64,000 nt of DNA from Macrostomum lignano (Eukaryota), in assembly GCA_002269645.1 (NCBI GenBank), contig NIVC01000195.1, positions 372,001 to 436,000 on the forward strand, in the 5' to 3' direction. Below are positions 1-11,810 of this stretch, in pieces. The first letter of the stretch is position 1. Each line of letters opens with the position of its first letter. The notes below the pieces were generated by a model, which saw only the letters and a program-made list of their open reading frames with translations, did not search any database and was not told where the DNA came from. The position numbers and the translations under genes are program-made.

Positions 1-95
1 GAGAGAATGCCAGTGATTGTCAGCTCTCTCTTGAGTGCAAATCTGCTGGTTTATTATCGACTTCCCAGGTGCTAGTGCAAGTACTTCCCAAGTAT

Positions 96-560
96 GGATG
101 CTACTGGCAGTAGTGATGTCTATGGGCGTGACGGATGCTACCGGTAGTAGTGATGTCTATGGGCGTGACGGATGCTACCGGTAGTAGTGATGTCTATGGG
201 CGTGACGCATGCTACCGGTAGTAGTGATGTCTATGGGCGTGACGCATGCTACCGGTAGTAGTGATGTCTATGGGCGTGACGGATGCTACCGGTAGTAGTG
301 ATGTCTATGGGCGTGACGGATATGCTACCGGCAGTAGTGATGTCTATGGGCGTGACGGATATGCTACCGGTAGTAGTGATGTCTATGGGCGGAGGGATGC
401 TACCGGTAGTAGTGATGTCTATGGGCGGAGGGATGCTACTGGCAGTAGTGATGTCTATGGGCGGAGGGATGCTACTGGCAGTAGTGATGTCTATGGGCGG
501 AGGGATGCTACTGGCAGTAGTGATGTCTATGGGCGGAGGGATGCTACTGGCAGTAGTGAT
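96..560. repeat. Minisatellite, 37/36-bp unit (GGATGCTACCGGTAGTAGTGATGTCTATGGGCGTGAC), ~12-13 copies
   Basis: Unit starts at 96 and 133; later units shorten to 36 bp; repetitive ORFs on both strands are by-products. Confidence 0.95.
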
Positions 561-1016
561 AATCAACAATATTTAACAATATTTAATGCCACAACAGTGA
601 GTGGCCAGACAGATCTGGCAAAATTTTGCACGATAATTCCCCATATATATTTGAATACAAAGCTGCTTCAAGAATTGACACACGTTTGAGATGAAAAAAA
701 GAGAGTTTGCTTTCAATGAGCTTCACTAAACAGGCATGTCTTAAGGCCCAGAAAAGCTGGAATAGAAGTAAGCTGTCATAAAGCAGCCAAAATTCTTCTT
801 TTTAGGTTGATAACAGTTACAATAAAAGGATCAGGTCTAAACTATTTTTCACATTTACGAACGTAGCATCCACTTAAAATATTCCTATGTAAATCACATT
901 AACAAAAAATGATGATTATCGGCAAAGCAAAGTCAGACAGACAAAAGTGTGACTATACAACACGATGACAACAGTGACTTCACTTTCTCAAAAACGAAGG
1001 AATCCTGTTTGACCGC

Positions 1017-1249
1017 TTCTCAAAACCTGCTCAGAAGAGTTCTCAAAACCTGCTCAGAAGAGTTCTCAAAACCTACTCAGAAGAGTTCTCAAAACCTGCT
1101 GCTCAGAAGAGTTCTCAAAACCTGCTGCTCAGAAGAGTTCACAAAACCTGCTCAGAAGAGTTCTCAAAACCTGCTCAGAAGAGTTCACAAAACCTGCTCA
1201 GAAGAGTTCTCAAAACCTACTCAGAAGAGTTCTCAAAACCTGCTGCTCA
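1017..1249. repeat. Minisatellite, 23-bp unit (TTCTCAAAACCTGCTCAGAAGAG), ~10 copies, just 3' of the VWA5A-like gene
   Basis: Direct tandem periodicity with some 26-bp variants. Confidence 0.93.
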
Positions 1250-1287
1250 AAGACGCCTCAAAACAGGCATTTGTTTGTCTGCGACTT

Positions 1288-4223
1288 TCAATTGCCCGAA
1301 GCAGACGTAGCTGAATTTCCATCTATCAGCGAGTTGGCCTTCGTCATCAGCTGTTCGAAATCGGAGCTGCAGCTAGACTTCAGGTACTCCGTAGCCTTGG
1401 CAACCAGGAACTCCCACTCGGTGCGCCGGTTCTGCATCCGCGATTTCAGGTGGGCGCAGACCAGAGCAGTGAACCAGGCGTCCAGAGGCTGGGATAGAGG
1501 AGTGGGCGGTACAGAAAGTGCTTTGAAGCCCCAGATGTGCAAGGGACGCATGCATGCTGGCTCAGGAACTGCAGCTGTTTTAGTGATAATTTCTGAAGGC
1601 AGATAGATGGTAGATAGGTGGCAGATATATGTAGATGGAAGGTAGATGGAAGATAGATGGAAGATAGATGGAAGACAGATGGAAGGAAGATGGAAGGTAG
1701 ATGGAAGGAAGATGGAAGGAAGATGGAAGGAAGATGGAAGGTAGATGGAAGGAAGATGGAAGGAAGATGGAAGATAAATGGCAGATAGATGGCAGATAGA
1801 TGGCAGAAAGATAGCAGATAGCTTCAAACTCACAACTCCATCAGGTTTCGCGGCTTCCACATCGGATTTGGCCAGACTCAGCAGGCCCAGCAGCTCGCTG
1901 CTGAGCTTCCAGCGGCCATCGAACTGCTGGTTGTCGGCGATTCTCAGGACAGCGTCGCCGACACTGCACGACTTCGAGTCGCCTGTCGCTCTCGAGCTGC
2001 TGGCGCTGGCCGAGCTGTCAGTTGTGGTGCTGCGCTTCACTGAAACGGATATTCGGAACGGCTGAGCTTTCCTCTACCCAGGCACTGGAGCAAAAGCGAG
2101 GCGGCACTCACTGTTAGAGCTCTTCTTGCTCTTCCGGCCAAACAGATTAAAGGACGGCAGGCGGAAGTTAAAAAACGACTTTGACCTCGTCGAGGCAGCG
2201 GATTTGAAAGCCCTGGGGCTGCAGCGGCTGGGCATGAAAAAACCGCCGCCGTCCGCCAAGCCCTGCCAAGGCGAGTGCCGAGTTTTTTAAAGAAAAGGTG
2301 AACAAATTCATAAGCACTCAAATGACTTACGCAGCTGGCCAAGCAGTAATTCCTAACTTCTTCCTCTTTTATAGGCACGATGAACACCCCTTCGGGATTC
2401 TCAGACTCCCTGTCGATGCCGACGAAGGCCGTGCAGCTGGAGATGATGTTGGCAGCGAGACTCAGCGCCACGATGTTGCGCGTCTGCTGCCCGACCGAGT
2501 TCTCGTCGGCCCACTCTTTCAGCTGCAGCCGGGCGGCCGCCCTGTGCACCAGCAGGGAGTCCGTGCGAGCCTCGTCGGCTGCACCGGATGCCTTCGGCTT
2601 CGAAGTCTCCTCTGGTGCCGCCGCACTGCTCTTCTCCAGTTGAGTCGGCGGCTCCGCGTCGCACACGATCGTCACGTCGCGACCCCCAACGGTGGCTCGG
2701 ACGGTGATGGCGACCGACTGATCGGCGGCCTCCGGCCGGAGCAGCAGGAAGGCGCTCAACGGGGTCATCGGCGCGGTCTTCAGGTCGCTCGGCACAGTGC
2801 CCAGAAGCGCGGAGGCTCCGTCGGGAGTGCACGCGCTCAGCTGCAGGTCCTCGACGCACGGCAGCTGAGCAGCCTTCAGCAGGCCGATCACCGACCTTCT
2901 CAACTGTCCGGAGTCGCCGCCCCGAACAAAGTCGGCACGACCGCGACCGACGCGAGCGACGCCCTTCACCAGGCTGGTCGAGGCTCCCTGCCCGATGCCG
3001 ATGGCGAAGGCGCGACTGCCGCTGCCGTCACTGCAGCACTTCAGCACGAGGTCCTTCACCTGGTCGACGTTGCTCACCTCGCCGTCCGTGAGCAGAATCA
3101 CTTGGGTGTGGCACTGCTTGGACCGGTTGTCGAACACCCACTGCAGCGGCTTGAGGATCTCCGTGCCTCCCATGTCGGCTCCCATTCGCTCCTGCAGTCT
3201 GAGCGCCTCCTTCAAGTTGGACTCGCTGTACGGCTGGCTCGAGGAGAACAGCTTGTCGAAGCTCGAGCCGAAGCTGACGACGTTGAAGTGGCAGCCGCGC
3301 GGCAGAGACTTGAGGAACAGCAGCAGCGCCTCCTTGGCTGCGGTGATTTTGTCGCCGCCCATGGAGCCGCTGCGGTCCACCACGATGACGAACTCCTTGG
3401 GCTTCTCTGTCGCGCTCTGCAGCTGCGAGTCGTCAAAGAAGGCCGTCAGCGCGACCGCCTCATGACGGAACAGCTCGGCGTCTCCGTCTTCGCCAGCCTC
3501 TCGCAACACTGACGCGCCCGACGGCGGAGCCTCGAACTCGACAGTCAGCTCAATGTCGCAGTCGGGCTTGAGCTTCGTCACCGAGAACTCGGTCTGACCT
3601 GGTTGCCATAGCAACTGACCCTGGCTGCACCGAAGCCGCCGCAGCTGAGCGGAGCCGTCGCCGGAGACGCAGCCGCGCAGCTGCAGCTCCGCGAGCCACG
3701 GCGCCGCCACCCCAGCGGTTGCAGCTGCCTCCGCCTCCACCAGCTTTGACGGCTTGTCCTCCGGCCGATACCGCGGCACCAGCACCCGCGGGATCGTCAG
3801 CGACGCCATCCACCGCTCCGGAGACTCCAGCGCTACCAGCGACCGCATGCGGATGTTCACCTGACCGCCCGGTGACACGTTGCCCAGGTAGAAGTTCATC
3901 AGGTCCGACGTGTCGTCCGACTCGGCCGCGAACGCCGCCGACAGCCCCTGCTCCACGGCGGTCCGGTACGCCGACTCCGCCTCCGACTTCTCCCTGCACT
4001 CGCATTCGATGGTGCGGCCGTTCAGCTCCGCCTGCAGGCGGTACACCGCCGACGAGTCGTCCACTGGGAACACAAAGCGCACGTCGTTCAGAGTCTCCTT
4101 CGTACGGTTCTCGTACGTCAGCGAGTAGGCGGAGTCCGCCAGCCAGCCCGACACGCTGACGAAGACGGACGAGCTGAGAAAGTCCAGGCTCTTCGAAGAC
4201 TCACACTTGATCCACTCTGACAT
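1288..4223 (-). CDS. VWA5A: VIT + vWA domain protein (VWA5A/LOH11CR2A-like), 4 coding exons: 4223-2331, 2262-2112, 2039-1834, 1488-1288; ~816 aa
   Basis: VIT motifs (FVFPVDDSSAVYRLQAELNGRTI, FYLGNVSPGG), MIDAS FVIVVDRSGSMGG, GGTEI, VILLTDGEV, FAIGIGQGAS, C-terminal QQFDGRW and WFTALVCAHL...EWEFLVAKA; GT-AG sites give consistent phases 0,1,0. Confidence 0.9.
1598..1815. repeat. Low-complexity purine-rich (AGATGGA-like) repeat in intron 3 of the VWA5A-like gene
   Basis: Degenerate AGATGGAAGG/AGATAG tandem run between donor 1833 and acceptor 1489. Confidence 0.85.
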
Positions 4224-4828
4224 TGTTACTCGGGCTCTTCGACTGCGCTGGCACCTGGCTTCGGCAAACCGGTTACCTGAGTTTTGCTCTGCTAAACCCG
4301 CCAGACGTGGCGAGAACTGCTCAGGCCCAGCTCGCTGCTGCTGCACTTCTTCCCTTGTTTTTTTTTATTCTCGCCGTTACTAGGGCAGCCGGGTGAAAAT
4401 ATGGCGGAGTACAGCAGGCTTTCACATGCCAGGAACGTTGAGAGAGAGCAGCAGAGGGCAGAGAGGGCATCGGGAGTACTCACTTGGACAGAGTGCAGAG
4501 AGAGTACACCAGCAGCCTGTACTCTGGGCTGTACTCAAGCGTACTCATCTAGCTGGCAGGCATCCTATTGTGTTTCGAAAGCTGCTTGCTGAGACCCCCG
4601 AGCTGCTTTTCTGAGCTTTAGTTGTCCCGGCTGCGGGATTCAAAAAAGCAGCGGGTGAGAACAGAAAGACTTGAAGCAGAATATCCCAGTCAGGGAGGGC
4701 TCTGCAGTAGTTTAATAGTGAGCAGAATCAAACAATAGCAGGGGAAAACGGGCAGCCAGAGTCATGAGCGCAGTTTGCAGAACTTTGGCTAAAAGATGCT
4801 GTGCGAAGACTTTTAACAAATTCCTGGT

Positions 4829-5171
4829 GGATTCGGGGTGCTAGAACGGCGCCAGTGGATTCAGGGATGCTAGAACGGCGCCAGTGGATTCGGGGTGCTA
4901 GAACGGCGCCAGTGGATTCGGGGTGCTAGAACGGCGCCAGTGGATTCAGGGATGCTAGAACGGCGCCAGTGGATTCAGGGATGCTAGTACGGCGTCAGTG
5001 GATTCGGGGGTGCTAGAACGGCGCCAGTGGATTCGGGGGTGCTAGAACGGCGCCAGTGGATTCGGGGGTGCTAAAACTGCGCCAGTGGCAGTGGATTCGG
5101 GGGGCGCTAGAACGGTGCCGCCAGTGGATTCGGGGGGGGAGGGGGCTAGAACGGGCGCCAGTGGATTCGGC
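4829..5171. repeat. Minisatellite, 28-bp unit (GGATTCGGGGTGCTAGAACGGCGCCAGT), ~11 copies
   Basis: Units start at 4829 and 4857; degenerate toward 3' end. Confidence 0.93.
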
Positions 5172-5191
5172 TGTCGGACGGCGATGTCGAA

Positions 5192-5662
5192 GAGAAAGAA
5201 GTCCTGACTCTCACAGCTAATCTGAAGCGAAAGGCAGGAGAAAGAAGTCCTGAGTCTCACAGCTAATTTGAAGCGAAAGGCAGGAGAAAGAAGTCCTGAG
5301 TCTCACAGCTAATCTGAAGCGAAAGGCAGGAGAAAGAAGTCCTGACTCTCACAGCTAATCTCAAGCGAAAGGCAGGAGAAAGAAGTCCTGAGTCTCACAG
5401 CTAATCTGAAGCGAAAGGCAGGAGAAAGAAGTCCTGACTCTCACAGCTAATCTCAAGCGAAAGGCAGGAGAAAGAAGTCCTGAGTCTCACAGCTAATCTG
5501 AAGCGAAAGGCAGGAGAAAGAAGTCCTGACTCTCACAGCTAATCTCAAGCGAAAGGCAGGAGAAAGAAGTCCTGACTCTCACAGCTAATCTCAAGCGAAA
5601 GGCAGGAGAAAGAAGTCCTGACTCTCACAGCTAATCTGAAGCGAAAGGCAGGAGAAAGAAGT
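5192..5662. repeat. Minisatellite, 46-bp unit (GAGAAAGAAGTCCTGACTCTCACAGCTAATCTGAAGCGAAAGGCAG), ~10 copies
   Basis: CAGGAGAAAG recurs at 5235 and 5281. Confidence 0.95.
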
Positions 5663-6005
5663 TCAGCCCTTCGCGAGCTGTTCAACCAAGACACGCAGGC
5701 AGCTCTGCTGGCAGTTGCATTGAACTTGCTGAAGTGAAGACCTCAGTGTAACTCTGTGTGCCGCTCATTCCACAAGCAACTGGCACGGCGTACGCCGTAA
5801 TATGCGACGCTCCAGACCGCTTCTCGACCCGTCGATGATGTAAAGGTGCTTCAGGGACCCGTATTACCTGATGACGGACGCTGTGGCGTTAGCTCGTATG
5901 CCAGCTCACCCTGATATGCTGCATGGCCTGGTTGGCTCAGACTTCATGCTGGCACATGGACGGAACATCGGAACCATGCCTGGAATCTCTACCAGCTGCT
6001 GTCGG

Positions 6006-6315
6006 CAGCACCAGCCAGAGCAGCACCAGCCAGAGCAGCACCAGCCAGAGCAGCACCAACCAGAGCAGCACCAGCCAGAGCAGCACCAGCCAGAGCAGCA
6101 CCAGCCAGAGCAGCACCAGCCAGAGCAGCACCAGCCAGAGCAGCACCAGCCAGAGCAGCACCAGCCAGAGCAGCACCAACCAGAGCAGCACCAGCCAGAG
6201 CAGCACCAGCCAGAGCAGCACCAACCAGAGCAGCACCAGCCAGAGCAGCACCAACCAGAGCAGCACCAGCCAGAGCAGCACCAGCCAGAGCAGCACCAAC
6301 CAGAGCAGCACCAGC
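6006..6315. repeat. Minisatellite, 15-bp unit (CAGCACCAGCCAGAG), ~20 copies
   Basis: Near-perfect tandem array; gives spurious (QHQPE)n ORF. Confidence 0.96.
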
Positions 6316-7003
6316 CGTGGTAGCCAGCCGACTCCTATCTGTGGCGGCATCTTGTTTGCCATTGACTGACTGCTAAATTAACTTTTACCCTTAAGTTGTT
6401 GGCTTCGGGTGCTTTAAGCTTCGTGATTTTTTAAATCGTTTTATACAAATATTAGAATCGAGAGTAATTTCTGACGGTGAGCGCTGCTTTACTTTGGCTT
6501 CAGGGACAGCGCTGATGCCCATGCACTCTTCTTTCGGTGGTACGACTGGCCCGGGATGTTGCAATCTTTGCCTCCGGCTGCTTTTGGTTGCTAAAGGACT
6601 CAGTTTTTAATAACTCTTTGCTCGCAGATTCGCTTTTTCTCTAAATTTTGCCGCACTGAAGATGGGGCACCAGCCATTGGCGTCCTGTCAGGAACTTCAG
6701 AGCCGCTCTACCTGAGCTAGGAGCAGCAAATTAGTGAGAGGCTGCGCCTTCTCAGGCCGGAAGAAGTGAGCAGAAATTTTATTCTCGTTTTTTGCAATTT
6801 ATTAGGAATGAAAAGCGGAGTTGATCGGCATGGCAGAACGCAGGTGATCAGGCGGAACGCGAAGGCTCCGTATGAATATTCAGTGATTGCATTTATTATA
6901 GTAATAATTCTTGCTATATATTTATTATAAGTGCTTGCTATATATTTATTATAAGCAAATCTTCTCCCAGGATAAAAATATCTGTCAACTGAATGGGGCA
7001 CTC

Positions 7004-7377
7004 GACCAATCAGGGAGCGCCAGACTGTTGACCAATCAGGGAGCGCCAGACTGTCGACCAATCAGGGAGCGCCAGACTGTCGACCAATCAGGGAGCGCCA
7101 GACTGTCGACCAATCAGGGAGCGCCAGACTGTCGACCAATCAGGGAGCGCCAGACTGTCGACCAATCAGGGAGCGCCAGACTGTCGATCAATCAGGGAGC
7201 GCCAGACTGTTGACCAATCAGGGAGCGCCAGACTGTTGACCAATCAGGGAGCGCCAGACTGTTGACCAATCAGGGAGCGCCAGACTGTTGACCAATCAGG
7301 GAGCGCCAGACTGTCGACCAATCAGGGAGCGCCAGACTGTCGACCAATCAGGGAGCGCCAGACTGTCGACCAATCAG
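7004..7377. repeat. Minisatellite, 26-bp unit (GACCAATCAGGGAGCGCCAGACTGTC), ~14 copies, each with a CCAAT box
   Basis: GACCAAT at 7004, 7030 etc.; overlaps last codons of truncated VWA5A paralog. Confidence 0.95.
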
Positions 7378-9736
7378 AGCCTCCGCCTCGGCCGTCAGCT
7401 GTGCGGCCGTGCGGCGCCGGCATGCGGCTGCCAGGAAGTCGCGGGCCTTGTCGGCCAGGAGCTCCCACTCGGTGCGTTGGTGCGCCAGCCGCAGTTTCAG
7501 GTGGGCGCAGACCAGAGCGGTGAACCAGGCGGTCAGGCACTGAAATTGGGAAATTATTCCCTCCTGAGTGCTGCGCTGAGGTGTGTCAAACATTGCTCAA
7601 ATCAGTTTTAAACCGGTCTGAATTGAACCAACTGCTCATTGAGTTGAGCAATCTTTGACCCGCAGAGCTACTAGCGGAAATGTGAACCGGCCTCAATTCA
7701 GGGTCCATGAGGGCCAGCCCTCAAGGCACAGATAGTGTACATGCTAGACGATGAGAAAGTCAGGACCGCTGTACACCCTGTGTGAGCGAGGGATCATACA
7801 ATTTGTGAATCAGTTTGGCCCTGCACTTAGAAAGGCCCGAACAGCAGGTAACGAAACGGACAAACCTCGCCATCGGGACTGGTCGCCTCCACCTCGGCCT
7901 TGGCCAGCGACAGCAGGCTCAGCAGATCGTCGCTGACCTCCCAGTGACCGTCGAACTGCTGACTGGCCGCGATCTTCAGCACAGCGTCGCCAGAGCTGCT
8001 TGCCGACGAGCTGCCTCCAACTGCAGCTGCCTCAACGCTACCAACTGGACTGAAGGCTGAGCTGACAGCTGACTGCGTGGAGTTGCCTGCTGCTTCGCTG
8101 CTCTCTGCAATCGGCCAGGTTGCAGGGCGGCATTGGATCAGGGCAGGCCTGGATATTTGGCATTGGATCAGGGACAGGCCTGGATATTTGGCATTGGATC
8201 AGGGCAGGCCTGGATATTTGGCATTGGATCAGGACAGGCCTGGATATTTGGCATTGGATCAGGGCAGGCCTGGATATTGGCATTGGATCAGGGACAGGCC
8301 TGGATATTTGGCATTGGATCAGGGCAGGCCTGGATATTTGGCATTGGATCAGGGACAGGCCTGGATATTTGGCATTGGATCAGGGACAGGCCTGGATATT
8401 TGGCATTGGATCAGGGACAGGCCTGGATATTTGGCATTGGATCAGGGACAGGCCTGGATATTTGGCATTGGATCAGGGCAGGCCTGGATATTTGGCATTG
8501 GATCAGGGCAGGCCTGGATATTTGGCATTGGATCAGGGCAGGCCTGGATATTTGGCATTGGATCAGGGCAGGCCTGGATATTTGGCATTGGATCAGGGCA
8601 GGCCTGGATATTTGGCATTGGATCAGGGACAGCACTACTTGGAACAAACATCCTGTTGATTGCAAGTTCAGCAAACTGAATACCCAGAATTGCAGCACAA
8701 ACTCACTCTTGCCCCAGCTGAATGAAGGCATGCGGAAGCTGAACCAAGACCCGGAGCTCTGGATGGGCTGAGGGGGCGGCGCGCTGAAGGCGGAACCCAT
8801 GCAGGCGGCGGCCCGTGGGCGGCTTGACTGCAGCCTGCAGGCCTGCTGCAGTTGCTGCAATGGCAAAGCAGTGGCTCCAGTTTTCAGTGGAAATGGAGCT
8901 AGGTTCGTAATTCATCTATACTAAACATGAACCGAAACTTATGAATCTTAAAATATTTCATCTGGAGGAACTCACCATTCCAGGTCCGGTTAAGTCACAG
9001 GCCACAGTCCGAAAGCAGCGCATGCGGGCATACCGGTTGTCCACATTCCTACTCGGCGGCTTGTAGAAAGACGACACAGCATTGCCAGACTCCCTGTCGA
9101 TGCCGACGAAGGCCGTGCAGCTGGAGATGATGTTGGCAGCGAGACTCAGCGCCACGATGTTGCGCGTCTGCTGCCCGACCGAGTTCTCGTCGGCCCACTC
9201 TTTCAGCTGCAGCCGGGCGGCCGCCCTGTGCACCAGCAGGGAGTCCGCGCGAGCCTCGTCGGCTGCACCGCTTGCCTCCGTCTTCGAAGTCTCCTCTGGT
9301 GCCGCCGCACTATCACTGCTCTTCTCCAGTTGAGTCGGCGGCTCCGCGTCGCACACGATCGTCACGTCGCGACCCCCGACGGTGGCTCGGACGGTGATGG
9401 CGACCGACTGATCGGCGGCCTCCGGCCGGAGCAGCAGGAAGGTGCTCAACGGGGTCATCGGCGCGGTCTTCAGGTCGCTCGGCACAGTGCCCAGAAGCGC
9501 GGAGGCTCCGTCGGGAGTGCACGCGCTCAGCTGCAGGTCCTCGACGCACGGCAGCTGAGCAGCCTTTAGCAGGCCGATCACCGACCTTCTCAACTGTCCG
9601 GAGTCGCCGCCCCGAACAAAGTCGGCACGACCGAGCTCGACTGTCGCACGATGCTTAATGTTTGCCTCGTCGTTAATGTCGACACACACTGGCAGCAGTG
9701 CGAATCTGCATGGCACAGTTACTTCTTCGGATGGGG
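7348..9736 (-). pseudogene. 5'-truncated VWA5A-like paralog lacking VIT and most of vWA; exons ~9736-8976, 8854-8707, 8104-7866, 7539-7348, frame intact across them (pseudogene or truncated chimeric gene)
   Basis: 9086-9633 is ~98.5% identical to 2402-2943; downstream exons encode QQFDGHW and WFTALVCAHL...EWELLADKA; splice phases 0,1,0 consistent; homology stops abruptly at 9633. Confidence 0.75.
8128..8630. repeat. Intronic minisatellite, 30/31-bp unit (GGCATTGGATCAGGGCAGGCCTGGATATTT), ~16 copies
   Basis: Tandem periodicity between exons 8707 and 8104 of the paralog. Confidence 0.95.
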
Positions 9737-10036
9737 CTTGAAATATGACGTTCGAGCAGCATATGTACTTGTGCATGTACTTTTGTGGGATCTCGTACTG
9801 TATTTGTTAAGTATTTGGAATAATAGTCCAGTATCGACATATATATGTAATTGGTAAAAAATTCTCGTAAAATGAATAATGAAAAATGAACCAGAAGGTT
9901 TAATTTGTGCTTCAGCGTCGATTATCTAACAGTCTTCAGGTCTTTTTGCGCAGATTTTCTACAGATTAAGAGCGGTTACAGGTATAGAGGCAAAGCTAGG
10001 TAAGTGAAGTAACGTAATTGAAAATATTTTTAATCC

Positions 10037-10227
10037 CAGGGGTGAACTCAAGAAAATTTTTTTTTGGGGGGGGACAAGGTATGACAAGCAACTACAACAA
10101 CCCAATATAAGAAAATCTACATGCACACGAGCGTACATGTAGTTACAGGCCAAAAAAGTATTGCCCAATTTTTTTGGCCAACGGCTGAGGGGGCATGCAG
10201 GCTCCCGACCTCGTGAGTCTGCCCCTG
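10037..10227. mobile_element. Degenerate non-autonomous DNA transposon remnant (hAT-like CAGGGG ends)
   Basis: Imperfect inverted ends CAGGGGTGAACTCA / TGAGTCTGCCCCTG with internal T/G runs; a similar end occurs near 47678; no TSD seen. Confidence 0.35.
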
Positions 10228-11810
10228 TGATTTCAATTATTCAAAGCTATTAGTAGCCACCAGACTATCAGTTAAAGGGACCCATCAGAGTAAAATACGA
10301 GCTAGGTTCAGAGAAGATTCTTGAAATTTCTTTGTCTTGAAAACATGTTTATTAAAATTACGAATTTTTACGCACGAATTTAGATTTTCCCCACAAGACC
10401 GACGGGCTTTAAAATCACTACTATCAGTATCAGTCTGAGCACGCTTAGCAAGTTAGCGAGTGCGACCCTAGCTGCTCTGGTAGCTAGCTGACTGGCCGTT
10501 TGTACCTTTTAGTTCCTTGGCATACCACCCTTGAACGGTATGAAGATTCTAATCTTTTAAATGTACCTAAGCTATGGACTGAATGGATTGAATTTGTCTT
10601 ATTGTTTAATTAGAACATTTTGATTTTAGCTCAGTTTGTTGTCATTGTATCTGACTTTTTGTAGACATCCTCATCAAGGTCATTGATATTTTTTGCAATT
10701 TTTGATGCAAAATGTTAGACATTCAGTAAAAGGCCTCGAGTATCATAATATGGATTTTGGAAATTTTAGTTTATATAGCCTAGCTTATATATATTTAGCT
10801 GACTAAATTTAGCTATTTAGTTTATATAGCCATGTTTTGATTGTTTTATTGTACAATAGATTTTTTTTTAGATTTGTCATTCAATAAATAATTTTTCTAA
10901 GTATTCATATCTCATACTAGATATTCTAGGAGTTTATTGTTTAATTTATTTAAAACTTATATTTGTGAATGGAAATATCATGTTTAACTTTATAACTAGT
11001 TATATAACTAGTAATAATTTTTTGTGCTATCTTCAATTACAAATCATGATTTATAGGTCCAATCTGACTAAAATTATACAAAATATCTTAATATATGCAT
11101 CTTAGATTTATTATAATTTGCACATTGTCTTGATTTCTAATGTTTTTGTTTTTTATTGCCTAGATCTATTTTTTATTATTGAGTCTTAGACAAATAGAAT
11201 AATTTTTAACATTTGGATATAAGACTTATATTAATACTAAGAGAGGTTATTAATAATTAATAAAAATAATTTGGCTTGCAACATGCAAGCTTGTATTCTT
11301 AAGAATTAATGGAATTAATATTTAGCTAGCATAAGTCTATTAATTACTAATTATATTCTTTATACTATTTTTTAATTTAGTATCTGTTATATTATGCTAT
11401 AACAATGAGTAAAAATTGAATTTAGTAAATGTTAATTTCTGTTTAATTTTTCTTATTATAGATTAATAATAGACCTATTTGCATTTACATACTTACTATT
11501 AAATAAAATATGCTCTATATTAATTTAATAGGCTTATAATAAATTTAATAATAATTTTGATTTTGCGGTTTTAGAACCTATAAAGTCTTAAAATTTTGAT
11601 TGATTTTTTAAACTGTTTATTAAAATCTATAACCAAAAATCAGAGAAGTATAAAATATTCACATTAAATTCTGTGATAGAGCATAAATTGTAGCATGCAG
11701 ATTAGAAACGGTAGAATCTCTGTGAGAACTGGCGCAGTCAAAGTCAAGGCCAATGTGTTCGTGTAGAAGTTTAGTCAGACAGCTGCCACTCTCAGCCAGC
11801 AGCCCAGCGC

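Noticed and set aside
2298-3512. Long antisense or alternate-frame ORFs over VWA5A, MCM8, ENaC, DUS3L and NOL4 exons
   Set aside because: Shadow ORFs expected from high GC at third codon positions; no recognisable motifs
2037-4346. 769-aa ORF as a single-exon CDS
   Set aside because: It reads through a GTAAGT donor at 2330; the spliced model restores the conserved VWA5A C-terminus; the first 41 codons precede the likely ATG at 4223
5871-6369. (QHQPE)n or Ser/Thr-rich repeat protein
   Set aside because: Entirely explained by a 15-bp array; no supporting splice sites or domain context
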